Source: an uncultured delta proteobacterium (lineage in GTDB: Bacteria > Myxococcota_A > Polyangia > Polyangiales > Polyangiaceae). Taken from it: a DNA stretch of 64,000 bases. The DNA is taken from the NCBI GenBank assembly GCA_963782055.1, contig CAWAIF010000003.1, positions 4,928,001 through 4,992,000 of the forward strand, given 5' to 3'. Below are positions 39,901-48,700 of the stretch, in pieces (the first letter of the stretch is position 1; each line of letters opens with the position of its first letter). The notes below the pieces were generated by a model. That model was not told the DNA's origin and did not search any database. It saw nothing but the letters and a program-made list of their open reading frames with translations. The translations under genes and the position numbers were made by a program.

Positions 39901-40762
39901 CCCGCTGGCGGTGGCGCACGTGCCGTCGGCCGCCGACCCGAAGAAGACCGAGGACGTGTGGATCGACGCCGACGTCTCCGGGCCTCCCCTGCCCGCCGGC
40001 CGCATCTCGCCGGAGCTGCGCGGCCGCATCGCCCTCTACCCGGACGGCGGCATGCGTCCGGTCCCCGATCTGGGCGGCGCCAAGGAGCGCGACGAGGTGG
40101 ACGTGCGCCTCGCCATCGACGCCGAGGGCAACGCCCGCGGCGATCTCACCGTGCTGCTCCGTGGCCGCGCGGCGCAGCAGATCTCGGAGGCGCTCTTCCG
40201 CCTGGTGGGCTTCCAGCGCGAGCGTGCGCTGCGCGGCATCGCCCTGGGCTGGGTGCCCTTCGCCAACGTGGAGGACGTGCAGCTCTCCTCGAGCGAGGGG
40301 AGCTGGCAGGTCGCCCTGCGCGCGCACATCACGGTGCAGGACTACGCGCAGCCGGAGGGGCAGAAGACGCGCACGTGGCTGCTGCCGGGCATCGACCCGG
40401 TGCACTACGTCTTCCCGCGGCCGCAGGTGGCGACGCTGGGCGCCACCTACGCGAGCGAGGGCGCGCGGGAGAACGCGCTCTCGGTGAGCCGCGCGGTGCA
40501 GTACCACGTGCACCGCCGCATCGAGCTGCCCAAGGGCGCGCAGGTCGTCCGCGCGCCCGGCCCGCTGGACGTGCGCTCGCCCAACCTGGTCGCCTCGCGC
40601 GCCATCACCGTGGACGGCTCGGCGATCGACGACGAGTTCATCCTCGCCGTCAACACCGGCACCGTCGCGGCGAACCGGTACGCCGGCTTCGTGAGCGACG
40701 CGCACCGCATCGACGACGGCTTCCTCGCGAGCACCAGCGTGAAGCCGCCCGCGAAGCCCTGA
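36983..40762 (+). CDS. Large lipoprotein, DUF3857/transglutaminase-like paralog lacking the catalytic Cys
   Basis: GTG start overlapping the upstream TGA; lipobox AVAC; QLEEGDVVE; DREGSRTWLIVKALRDLG in place of GDCDDKA; FQHPLA, WIDAD. Confidence 0.8.
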   Translation: MSPRVTRALALLGISAAVACGGPGAKAPHGSAAGLASSFGVALRTEALGDQVQAEAQYARTVDAAAAAGGDPRALLAVLASLDALAERDVTALSDATVGGALFDRTAPTPRGAAEAHLATSAGMADDPFTKGLLARTLAGLAARRGDAQAAERWRQASGCAREATVIGPVDWAVITGVADADPLARFDAPIAASYASPGPFARPLPPVVVRGRGCAIPMAAASPLNGVRDVVVDVTVPKEQDIGVALRTDSAATLRVGGAVAVRRGYDLGGDDVVRFARVHVGAGRVRLVARIGATGSSDLQMAAWDEHGDALAMHAPGPGERANARATRVAPVTFPAPVSDDDRVLYAAGMLASGDGHAAERALHAAAARPDASPALLLVYGRALETAQDVSLVHRIERERTVYDRLLEKWPGAWEAILMHARLAADRKGMSEARVEALKDLETHRAKAPATARPLLAAFEAAIAGREGLHGRAHRAFEEARKTLDGTSLLHDVSRIAFGRTAAESLSFECAATPGNDRSGLGCYAALRGMGRHAEAARELDRLRQVLGQPRGFMAITLRDALGLGDLQAARRAYDALLPGEHSLGTLAALRAAPDAGPPAITPAQVLALAPVSRDAPGAIPSLMRALGRDPAAQFDGVAEKLAAEDRVKRKLADAATALLQHTEKYEIYPGGVVHYVMFDVRRVSGTTDVEQNAAALPPALTGRSTARILRRRIYKKDGRVLEPDRTPNAAQSHADLAQLEEGDVVEVIYEGWAVPGETGDVGIDTPDLLPERTAIAQADIEIRMPRSLHGSMWVHPLLGKAAETTEGDQRVLRWHMADHPTRRLEYGVPKMDRDVSVSFSTSTWKTVARSLRETIAGLDDDDAEVAAWAAAAAAGKAPRSRELVSAVVARAGETVREAEGGVLSDIGIGRSQGPQTTTARSILVDREGSRTWLIVKALRDLGVPVDVVVAENDPYSADPNFPAHYGRFQHPLAVAHVPSAADPKKTEDVWIDADVSGPPLPAGRISPELRGRIALYPDGGMRPVPDLGGAKERDEVDVRLAIDAEGNARGDLTVLLRGRAAQQISEALFRLVGFQRERALRGIALGWVPFANVEDVQLSSSEGSWQVALRAHITVQDYAQPEGQKTRTWLLPGIDPVHYVFPRPQVATLGATYASEGARENALSVSRAVQYHVHRRIELPKGAQVVRAPGPLDVRSPNLVASRAITVDGSAIDDEFILAVNTGTVAANRYAGFVSDAHRIDDGFLASTSVKPPAKP

Positions 40763-40768
40763 GCCGGC

Positions 40769-41791
40769 CTACGCCCCTCGCGGGCCGAACACGCGGCGCT
40801 CGCGCGCGATCGCGAGCCCCTCGACCGCCAGCCGCACGAGCAGCGGTCCGAGGACGAGACCCCAGCCTCCGAAGAGACGCAGCCCGCCGACCACGGAGAG
40901 GAAGACGACCACGATCGGCAGGCGCAGCTTGCCGGCCCGCGCGAGCCACGGACGAACGACGCCGTCCACGGTGCCGATCACGCCGAGCCCGAGCCCGGCG
41001 AGGATGACCGCGCGCCCCGGGTGCCCGGTCACCGCGAACCCGACGGCGATGGGCGCCCACACCAGCGCCGTCCCCACGGCCGGCACGAAGGAGAAGGCGC
41101 CGGTGAGGAAGCCCAGCGTCAATGGGTTGCGCACGCCGAGGCTCGCGTACACGACCGCGGCGACCGAGCCCTGCACCGCCGCCGTCCCTACCCCGCCCAC
41201 CAGCAGGCCGCGCCCCGTCTCGCGGAACGCGCCGACGAGACGGTGCAGCGCGCGCAGGTCCAGCGGGATGCGACGCGCCAGCCACGCGTACAGGTGGCGT
41301 CCGTGGACGCTGAAGGCGTAGAGCCCGACCACGAAGACCGCCGCCCCGACCACCGCCGACACCGAGGCGCTCGCGATCCCCCCCGCGAGGCGCCACGCCG
41401 TCGTCCCGTGCTCGCGGAGCAGGTCGTTCAGGTCGCTCAGGTCGAACGAGAGCGGACCGCCGGGCGGGGCGATGCCGAGCGTCGCGGCGACCGGACCGCC
41501 CGCCGCCGCCGAGTGCAACGTCGCGACGACCAGCTCGCGCGCGCGGACGACGACGGCGACCGTCGCCGCGACGAGCGGCGTGGCGATGGCGAGGACGAGC
41601 GCGACGGTGATCGCGCCCGCGGCGGCACGCCGGCCGCGCAGCACGCGCTCGAGGAGCTTCACGAGGGGACGAACCAGGTCCGCCGTCCACGCCGCGAGGA
41701 CGAGCGGCGCCCAGAGCGGCAGGAAGACCGCGAGCGCGGCGGCGCTCAGCACGAGCACGACCAGACGGAGTGGGGTGTTGGATCGGGTCAC
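40769..41791 (-). CDS. AI-2E family transporter
   Basis: Multi-TM; FSFVPAVGTALVWAP, DGVVRP, GGLRLFGGWGLVLGP. Confidence 0.9.
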   Translation of the reverse strand: MTRSNTPLRLVVLVLSAAALAVFLPLWAPLVLAAWTADLVRPLVKLLERVLRGRRAAAGAITVALVLAIATPLVAATVAVVVRARELVVATLHSAAAGGPVAATLGIAPPGGPLSFDLSDLNDLLREHGTTAWRLAGGIASASVSAVVGAAVFVVGLYAFSVHGRHLYAWLARRIPLDLRALHRLVGAFRETGRGLLVGGVGTAAVQGSVAAVVYASLGVRNPLTLGFLTGAFSFVPAVGTALVWAPIAVGFAVTGHPGRAVILAGLGLGVIGTVDGVVRPWLARAGKLRLPIVVVFLSVVGGLRLFGGWGLVLGPLLVRLAVEGLAIARERRVFGPRGA

Positions 41792-42004
41792 CTGTTCCGC
41801 TCCTGGGTGTCACGCGGCTTGCGTGCGGGCATCGTGCCAGCCCTTCTCGCGCGTACGGCGCCGGTGTGGACCGCGCGAGGCGTGCACCGCGCGCCGCAGG
41901 TCGTGCGCGGGGGTCGTGGCGCGGGGCCCGGACCGGGCGCTGCTCTCGCTCGGCTTCCGCCATCGCTTCGGGTATCCTCGCCCCCCTCTCGAAAGGAGCC
42001 CCCC

Positions 42005-42466
42005 GTGAACCTCGCCGAGCTGGAGAAGCACGCCGCGGACATCCGCAAAGAGCTCAACGTCCCCAAGCAAAACGAAGTCTTCGAGGTCGCGACCGAGGCG
42101 GGCTACCTCGCCGCGGCGAGCGACGGCAAGGTGGACGACGCCGAGCGCGCCACCATGATCAAGGCCATCGAGGTGCTCTCGGTCGGCGCGATCATCGAGT
42201 GGGAGGTCGAGACGCTCCTCGACGCGTGCGCCGAGCACGCCGAGAAGGAGGGCGTCAAGGCGCGCGCCGCGCACGTGGGCCAGAAGCTCAAGGCGCTGGG
42301 CCAGCCGGAGGCCGCCCTGCTCTTCGCCGCCTTCGTGGCCCAGGGCAGCGGCGGCATCGACAAGAAGGAGTCGGAGATCCTGCACGCCATCGGGAAGGCG
42401 GCGGGGCTGGCCAAGAACAAGGTGACGGGCATCCTCAAGCGCGTGGGCGCCGCCGCCACGGAGTGA
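42005..42466 (+). CDS. TerB-like (tellurite resistance fold) protein
   Basis: AAGGAG RBS, GTG start; AAASDGKVDDAER...VAQGSGGIDKKESEILHAIGKAAGL fits TerB A.ADG.....E repeats. Confidence 0.75.
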   Translation: MNLAELEKHAADIRKELNVPKQNEVFEVATEAGYLAAASDGKVDDAERATMIKAIEVLSVGAIIEWEVETLLDACAEHAEKEGVKARAAHVGQKLKALGQPEAALLFAAFVAQGSGGIDKKESEILHAIGKAAGLAKNKVTGILKRVGAAATE

Positions 42467-42528
42467 CGCGTTCGCCCGCGTGGCGGACGTGTTGCGATGC
42501 GCGGGCCCGATCGGCGTACCATGGACCG

Positions 42529-43737
42529 GTGATTGAAGGGGACGACCCGGGTCCGGGGAATCACCAGACGTGCGGGGCGGAGTTCATCCCCGGGTATTTC
42601 TTTCCCGCGTGGATCGGCGGCGGAGCCCTGCTCGGCCTGGCGCTGATCCTCATGGCGCGTCTGGCGCCGGCGCACGCCCCGCAGGTCCTGCTCGCCGCGG
42701 GCGTCTTCGCGATCCTGAGTCCCCTCCTCGTCATGCGTAGCGATCCGAAGGCGAGCATCCTCGTCGACCGAGCCGGCGTCTGGATGAACGGGAAGCTGCG
42801 GGTGGCGCGTCCGCTCGCGGCGCACCGCGTCGACTCCGCGGGGAAGGTCTCGGTCCGGGTGGACGGGGTCGGGGGGAGGATCACGCTACGCGGCGTCGGC
42901 GAGAAGAGCGCCGCCTCCCTCCTCCACGCGGCGAACGGCGCCGCGGTGACCGTCCTGCGCTCCGTGCCTCACCACCACGGCGCGTTCAAGATGGCGGGGG
43001 TCGTCGCGCTGGTGTCGCTGGCGGGTGCCGCGATGCTGAGCGTGAAGCACCTGTCCATCTTCCTGATCCTGCCCGTGGCGCTCGGCGTCGCCGCGGCGCT
43101 CGGGGCGCGCCGCCTGCACCGCAACCGGACCGTGCTTCGGATCGGCGACGATGGCGTGGTCGTCACCACCGAGGACGAGCGGCGCTTCCTCCCCATCGCC
43201 GACATCGTGAAGTGCGATCTGGAGATGGACTACGCCACGGCCGAGGGGCTGCGGATCCTGATGCGCGACGGGAGGGTCGAGGAGGTGGTGTTCCCGTCCA
43301 TCCCCGCCGGCAAGTATTCGCGACCCGAGCAGCCGGCGCGCGGCGCCAAAGACGCGATCGAGCGCAGGCTGAAGGAGTTCCGGCGTGCTCCACGCGCGCG
43401 CCACGGGTCGATCGCGGCGATGCTGCCGGAGCGCGGGGAGTCCACGCTCGAGTGGGTGCGCGCGCTGCGCGCGCTGAGAGATCGCAGGCCGGACTACCGT
43501 GAGGGCGCCGCGCCCGACGTCTCCGAGGTGCTCGAGCTCGTCGACGACCCCACCGCCGACCCGATGCTCCGCGTCGCCGCGGCGCTGGAGGCGGAGGCGT
43601 CGCCCCAGGTGCGCGTCCGCATCCGGGAAGCCGCGGGTCGGTCGGCACAAGGGCTGAGCGAGGTGCTCCGTCTCGCGGCGGAGGAAGGCTCGTCGGAGGA
43701 GGAGCTGGCCGCGGCGATCGAGGCGATGCAGGAGTGA
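42529..43737 (+). CDS. Hypothetical membrane protein with two TM-hairpin/PH-like modules
   Basis: Two TM pairs, each followed by a beta-rich segment (ILVDRAGVW; LRIGDDGVVV...FLPIADI); helical C-terminus. Start uncertain. Confidence 0.6.
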   Translation: MIEGDDPGPGNHQTCGAEFIPGYFFPAWIGGGALLGLALILMARLAPAHAPQVLLAAGVFAILSPLLVMRSDPKASILVDRAGVWMNGKLRVARPLAAHRVDSAGKVSVRVDGVGGRITLRGVGEKSAASLLHAANGAAVTVLRSVPHHHGAFKMAGVVALVSLAGAAMLSVKHLSIFLILPVALGVAAALGARRLHRNRTVLRIGDDGVVVTTEDERRFLPIADIVKCDLEMDYATAEGLRILMRDGRVEEVVFPSIPAGKYSRPEQPARGAKDAIERRLKEFRRAPRARHGSIAAMLPERGESTLEWVRALRALRDRRPDYREGAAPDVSEVLELVDDPTADPMLRVAAALEAEASPQVRVRIREAAGRSAQGLSEVLRLAAEEGSSEEELAAAIEAMQE

Positions 43738-43835
43738 ACGGCAGGCTCACCGGCCGGCTTGCAGGCGCGGCTGGCGCCGACTACCTTCCGGATCCCTTTT
43801 TCGGCCCACCCCGGGCCACGCAGACGAGAGGCATC

Positions 43836-44588
43836 ATGAGCGGCCACTCCAAATGGGCCACCATCAAGCACAAGAAGGGCGCGGTCGACGCCAAGCGCGG
43901 CAAGCTCTTCACCAAGCTCATCAAGGAGCTGACGGTCGCCGCGCGCATGGGCGGGGGCGATCCTTCGGGCAACCCACGCCTGCGCAAGGCGATCGCCGAC
44001 GCCAAGGGCGAGAGCATGCCCAACGACACCATCCAGCGCGCGGTCAAGCGCGGCACGGGTGAGATCGAGGGCGCCTCGTACGATGAGGTCCTCTACGAGG
44101 GCACCGGCCCTGGCGGCACCCTCTTCCTCGTCGAGGGCATGACCGACAACCGCAACCGCACCGTCGCCGAGATCCGCAAGATCTTCGAGAAGCACAACGG
44201 CGTGCTGGGCGGCGCCGGCACCGCCGGCTGGGCCTTCGATCGCAAGGGCGTCATCCAGCTCGCGAAGGAGGCCGCGACGGAGGACCAGCTCATGGAGATC
44301 GCCGTGGGGGCGGGCGCGGAGGACTACTCCGACGCCGGCGACGAGTGGCAGGTCACCACGCCGTCGGATGCGCTCAACGTGGTGCTCGAGGCGCTGGACG
44401 CCGCCAAGATCGCCGCGAAGGGCTCCGGGCTGCAGTACCTGCCCAAGACCAAGAAGCCCATCGCCGGCCGCGACGCCGAGGTGGCGCTCAACCTCGCCGA
44501 GACGCTGGACGACCACGACGACGTGCAGAACGTCTTCGCCGACTTCGACATCTCCGACGAGGAGATGGCCAAGCTGGCCAAGGAGTGA
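43836..44588 (+). CDS. yebC: YebC/PmpR family protein
   Basis: MSGHSKWATIKHKKG..DAKRGKLFTKL, NPRLR, YEGTGPGG, TDNRNRT, LDDHDDVQNVF. Confidence 0.97.
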   Translation: MSGHSKWATIKHKKGAVDAKRGKLFTKLIKELTVAARMGGGDPSGNPRLRKAIADAKGESMPNDTIQRAVKRGTGEIEGASYDEVLYEGTGPGGTLFLVEGMTDNRNRTVAEIRKIFEKHNGVLGGAGTAGWAFDRKGVIQLAKEAATEDQLMEIAVGAGAEDYSDAGDEWQVTTPSDALNVVLEALDAAKIAAKGSGLQYLPKTKKPIAGRDAEVALNLAETLDDHDDVQNVFADFDISDEEMAKLAKE

Positions 44589-45088
44589 TCATCCTCGGGC
44601 TGGACCCGGGTACGCGCCGCTTCGGCTGGGGCGTGGTCTCGCGCGCCGGGACGCGACTCTCGCACGTGGCGCACGGGGTCATCGCGCTGGGCGACGGGCC
44701 GCTGGCCGGTCGGCTGGTCGAGCTGGAGTCTCGCCTGGACGAGGTCGTCCGCGCCTACCGCCCCGCGCAGGCGAGCGTGGAGACACTCTTCTTCCACAAG
44801 GACCCGCAGGCGGCGGCGAAGCTCGGCCACGCGCGCGGGGTGGCGCTGCTGGTGTGCGGCCGCGCCGGCCTCCCGGTGGGCGAGTACGCGCCCGCCCGGG
44901 TGAAGCGCACCGTCGCCGCGTACGGCCTGGCCGACAAGGCGCAGGTCGCGCAGATGGTCCGGGTCATCCTGGCGCTGGACGCGGCCCCGCCATCGGACGC
45001 CGCCGACGCCCTCGCGCTCGCCATCACCCACCTGCAGAACGCGGCGACCTGGCGGCCGCCGGCCCCCGCCGCCCGCCGACGCCGTTGA
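44585..45088 (+). CDS. ruvC: Crossover junction endodeoxyribonuclease RuvC
   Basis: GTG start; ILGLDPG, VETLF, LGHARGV, EYAPARVK, ADKAQV, DAADALALAITH. Canonical position after yebC. Confidence 0.96.
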   Translation: MIILGLDPGTRRFGWGVVSRAGTRLSHVAHGVIALGDGPLAGRLVELESRLDEVVRAYRPAQASVETLFFHKDPQAAAKLGHARGVALLVCGRAGLPVGEYAPARVKRTVAAYGLADKAQVAQMVRVILALDAAPPSDAADALALAITHLQNAATWRPPAPAARRRR

Positions 45089-45184
45089 CAGTCGGCCCCG
45101 CCGGGGCCAAAACGGCCAGGCTTTCGTCGGGCGTCCCGCAATGTTTCGGGGGCCTCCCACGTCTAACGCCGTAGAAAGGCGATC

Positions 45185-45883
45185 ATGGCGATGCGTTCGG
45201 TACGTCAATTCCTCGGTGCAGCTGGGCTTTCTCTGGTGCTCGGCATGGCGTGGGCCCCCACGGCCGCGCAGGCTCAGCCGGCGGCGGCGGCCGCCCCCTC
45301 CTCGGTGAACGCGGCGGTGGCCAACGTGCAGGCGTTCTACAACCACACCAGCACCTTCAGCGCGGACTTCACGCAGAGCTTCCTCGCCAAGGCCTACAAC
45401 ACCACCAAGACCTCCAGCGGCCACGTCACCTTCGCCAAGCCCGGCAAGATGGACTGGGTGTACAGCTCCCCCGCCGGCAACCGCGTGGTATCCGACGGCC
45501 AGAACCTGCGCGTGTACGAGGCCGCCAACAAGCAGATGTACCAGGCGAAGGTGAACCAGTCGCAGTACCCCGCGGCGCTCTCCTTCCTCACCGGGCAGGG
45601 CAACCTGGCGCAGCTCTTCGATTTCCAGCTCATCCCGGGGGACCAGCTCCGGTTCCACGGGGGCTACGTGCTCGTCGGCACGCCCAAGAAGCCCACGCCC
45701 GCGTACACGAAGGTCCTCTTCTTCGTCGACACGGCCACCTCGCAGGTGCGCAGCGTGCTCATCCTCGACGGCCAGGGCAACCGCAACCGCTTCGACTTCA
45801 AGAGCCCCAAGGCGAACGTCGCCGTCCCGGCGTCGCAGTTCCAGTTCGTCCCGCCGCCCGGCACCACCATCGTGCATCCTTGA
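45185..45883 (+). CDS. lolA: Outer-membrane lipoprotein carrier LolA
   Basis: Signal peptide; FSADFTQ...SSGHVTFAKPGKMDWVY..P....VSDGQNL.VY, D.QGN.NRF.F, F.FVPPPG. Confidence 0.88.
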   Translation: MAMRSVRQFLGAAGLSLVLGMAWAPTAAQAQPAAAAAPSSVNAAVANVQAFYNHTSTFSADFTQSFLAKAYNTTKTSSGHVTFAKPGKMDWVYSSPAGNRVVSDGQNLRVYEAANKQMYQAKVNQSQYPAALSFLTGQGNLAQLFDFQLIPGDQLRFHGGYVLVGTPKKPTPAYTKVLFFVDTATSQVRSVLILDGQGNRNRFDFKSPKANVAVPASQFQFVPPPGTTIVHP

Positions 45884-46012
45884 GAAGGGGCGGCACGCGC
45901 TGCCCCTCCCCGCCCGGGCCCTCCGCTACGCGTCGGGGCGAGGAGACGGCACACGCCGCGGGGTGGGGCATGTAAGGTGTGGATGGGCGGCGCGTTGAGG
46001 GACAGAGGACGC

Positions 46013-46408
46013 ATGCGAGGCGTACGGACAGCAGCGGCGGTGGTCTTGGCGTGCACGGTCGTCGCCTGCGCCGCGGCCGGCAAGTCGGGCGAGGCGCCCC
46101 CCGCTGCCATGCCCTCCGGCGGCGCCCCCATGAACGACACCCAGCAGAAGGGCGTCGCCCCCAGCGGCACCGGCGCGGAGGCGCCGCCGCGCGAGATCGG
46201 CGTCGCTCGCGCCGACGTGGACCGGACCGCGCGCGACGTGGAGGCCTCCCTCTCCGACTGCGCGACGGCATGCCGCGCCCTCGCCTCCTTCGCGCGCGCC
46301 ACCGAGCACCTGTGCGCGCTCTCCGAGCCGGCCGAGTGCGACGACGCGAAGGCGCGCCTGGAGCGCGCCCGGGGTCGCGTGCTGTCGTCGTGCGGGGCGT
46401 GCAAGTAA
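46013..46408 (+). CDS. Small Cys-containing putative lipoprotein
   Basis: VVAC lipobox; DCATACRAL...LCAL...EC..A...SCGAC. Confidence 0.65.
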   Translation: MRGVRTAAAVVLACTVVACAAAGKSGEAPPAAMPSGGAPMNDTQQKGVAPSGTGAEAPPREIGVARADVDRTARDVEASLSDCATACRALASFARATEHLCALSEPAECDDAKARLERARGRVLSSCGACK

Positions 46409-46440
46409 CCGCGCGCCCTTCGCGCTACCATGCCCGGCGC

Positions 46441-47124
46441 ATGACGTCGCCCTTCGACCACGACCACCACGTGGCCAACCTCTACGGAGAGCACAACCGC
46501 TGCCCCACCTGCGGGGCCGTGTCGCGCATCGTCCCCAGCGACACCCTGCGCTGGGCGTGCGGCGTGTGCGGCAGCCCGCGCGTCCCGTGGCGCGACACCG
46601 ACCACCCGCCCGAGGAGGCGATGGACGCGCTGCGCGCCGCGGGCAACGCCAAGCGGCAAGGCTTCGCGTGGCGCGCGGGGGCGTGGGCGGCGGGCATCCC
46701 GGCGGCGGTCGCCTTCGTGCTGGCGGTGCTGCTCGGTCCGGCTTCGTACGTGGCGGGCGGCGTCCTGGTCGCGATCGGCGTGGTGCTGGCGGTCCTCGCG
46801 TCGAAGGCCTCGCGCAGCGCTTCCACCGCGCGCAAGCGGATGCGCTCCGAGCTCGATCGCGGCTGGGAGGCGGCCATGGAGGGCATGCTCGCCCAGAGCG
46901 CCGGCACGATGACCGCCCGCGAGATCGCGCGCGCCCTGCGGATCTCGGAGGCGGACGTGGAGGCGACGCTGACGACGCTCTCGGTGCACGAGCGCATCCG
47001 CGTCGCCGTGCAGGACAACGCGGACCTCGCCTACTCGCACGCCGAGGCCGAGCAGGCGGCCGTCGAGCAAGCCGAGCAAGAGGCGCAGGCGGAAGCGCCG
47101 GCGCAGGCCAAGAAGGTCCCATGA
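46441..47124 (+). CDS. Zinc-ribbon, two-TM, winged-HTH-like membrane protein
   Basis: CPTCG...CGVCG, two hydrophobic helices, C-terminal MTAREIARALRISEADVEATLTTL. Confidence 0.65.
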   Translation: MTSPFDHDHHVANLYGEHNRCPTCGAVSRIVPSDTLRWACGVCGSPRVPWRDTDHPPEEAMDALRAAGNAKRQGFAWRAGAWAAGIPAAVAFVLAVLLGPASYVAGGVLVAIGVVLAVLASKASRSASTARKRMRSELDRGWEAAMEGMLAQSAGTMTAREIARALRISEADVEATLTTLSVHERIRVAVQDNADLAYSHAEAEQAAVEQAEQEAQAEAPAQAKKVP

Positions 47125-48377
47125 CCAATCCGCCGGAGCGGGCGCAGGGTCCGCGGGTGCGGCGGCGCGGCCTGGTCAACCTGGGCGGCGCGATCGACAG
47201 GACGGGCGCGGCGAGCGAGAGCGCCGCGCTCGCCCGCGCGCTGGACGTGCCGCCGGCGCCGCGCGAGGGCTCCGGCAACGACGACCCCGATCGCGCCCAC
47301 GTCCACGGCTTCCACCCCTACCCGGCGCGGATGCATCCTCGGACCGCCGAGCGACTGGTGCGCGCCTTCGCGCCGCCCGACGGCCCCCTGCTCGATCCCT
47401 TCGCCGGCTCGGGCACCGTGCTCGTCGAGGCGGCGATCGCCGGGCGCGACGTGCTCGGCACCGATCTCAACCCCCTCGCGGTGATGCTCGCCTCGCGCAA
47501 GCTCGCCCCGCGCGACGCCGCCGACCTGGAGCGCCTGCGCGCGCGCGCGGAGGAGCTGCGCGCCTTCGCCGACGATCGCCGCAAGCGCCGCGCGGGCGCG
47601 ACCCGCCGCTACGCCGACGAGGACGTGCGCGCCTTCGACCCGCACGTGCTGCTGGAGCTGGACTCGCTGCGCGCCGGCATCGCCGCCGAGCGCGACGCCG
47701 CGCTGCGGGCGGACCTCTCGCTCGTGCTGAGCGCCATCCTGGTGAAGTTCTCTCGCAAGAAGGGCGACACCTCGGAGGGCCTCGCGCCCAAGCGGATCGG
47801 CGCGGGGTACGCCGCCAAGTTCTTCGCGCGCAAGGCCGACGACTTCGCGCGCCGGCTGGGGGAGCTCGCCGCGCTCTTGCCGCGCCCGCGGCCGCGCGCG
47901 CGCGTCACGCAGGACGACGCGACGGCGCTGCGAACGGTCCGGGCGGGGAGCGTCGCGTGCGTGGTCACCTCCCCGCCGTACGCGGCGACCTACGACTACC
48001 TCGCGCATCACGCCCTGCGCCTGCGCTGGCTCGGCCTGGACGCGCGCCCCTTCGCCCGCGGCGAGCTGGGCGCGCGGCGCACCTACGCGACGCTCTCCGC
48101 CGCGGAGGCGGAGCGAGCGTGGGGGGCGGAGCTCGAGCGCTTCCTCGCCGCGGCGCGGCGTACCTTGCGCCGTCGCGGCACGCTGGTGCTGCTCCTGGCC
48201 GACTCCGAGGTGCGTGGCCACGCGCTGCGCGCCGACGAGGCGCTCGTGGCCGTCGCGCCGCGCGCGGGCCTGCGGGTGGTGGCGGCCGCGTCGCAGCCCC
48301 GCCCCCACTTCCACGACTCGCGCACCTTCGCCCGGGTGCCCCGCAAGGAGCATGCGGTGCTGCTCGAATGCGTGTAA
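47121..48377 (+). CDS. SAM-dependent amino (N4-C/N6-A) DNA methyltransferase-like protein
   Basis: HGFHPYPARM, motif I LLDPFAGSGT, GTDLNP, motif IV VTSPPY. Confidence 0.8.
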   Translation: MTNPPERAQGPRVRRRGLVNLGGAIDRTGAASESAALARALDVPPAPREGSGNDDPDRAHVHGFHPYPARMHPRTAERLVRAFAPPDGPLLDPFAGSGTVLVEAAIAGRDVLGTDLNPLAVMLASRKLAPRDAADLERLRARAEELRAFADDRRKRRAGATRRYADEDVRAFDPHVLLELDSLRAGIAAERDAALRADLSLVLSAILVKFSRKKGDTSEGLAPKRIGAGYAAKFFARKADDFARRLGELAALLPRPRPRARVTQDDATALRTVRAGSVACVVTSPPYAATYDYLAHHALRLRWLGLDARPFARGELGARRTYATLSAAEAERAWGAELERFLAAARRTLRRRGTLVLLLADSEVRGHALRADEALVAVAPRAGLRVVAAASQPRPHFHDSRTFARVPRKEHAVLLECV

Positions 48378-48388
48378 GAACACGGCGG

Positions 48389-48700
48389 ATGCCGCGCGTG
48401 GTCTTCATCAGCGAGGATTCGGCCGAGCTGGGCGTGGACGTCCCGGCGGGCGGCTGCCTGGTCGATGTCTGCGACGCCAAGGACGCGCCCGTCCCCTTCT
48501 CCTGCCGGAGCGCGAGCTGCGGCACGTGCCGCGTGGTGGTGCTGGAGGGCGCGGAGCTCTTGCTGGAAGCCGAGGACGAGGAGCTCGATGTCCTCGACGC
48601 CTTCGGTGCGCGGCCGCCCCGGCAACGCCTCGCCTGCCAGGCCAGGCTGGTCCCCGGCGCGGGCATGCTGCGGGTGCGCCCGGCTCGCGACGACGAGTAG
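48389..48700 (+). CDS. 2Fe-2S ferredoxin
   Basis: PFSCRSASCGTCRV...RLACQ. Confidence 0.92.
   Translation: MPRVVFISEDSAELGVDVPAGGCLVDVCDAKDAPVPFSCRSASCGTCRVVVLEGAELLLEAEDEELDVLDAFGARPPRQRLACQARLVPGAGMLRVRPARDDE

Noticed and set aside
45085..45115. TTGACA at the ruvC stop as a lolA promoter
   Set aside because: No plausible -10 hexamer at 16-18 nt spacing; the following sequence is a GC hairpin.
46013..48700. Methyltransferase region as a restriction-modification or defence island
   Set aside because: No nuclease, helicase or mobility gene, no compositional shift, and it is embedded among housekeeping genes (lolA, ferredoxin).
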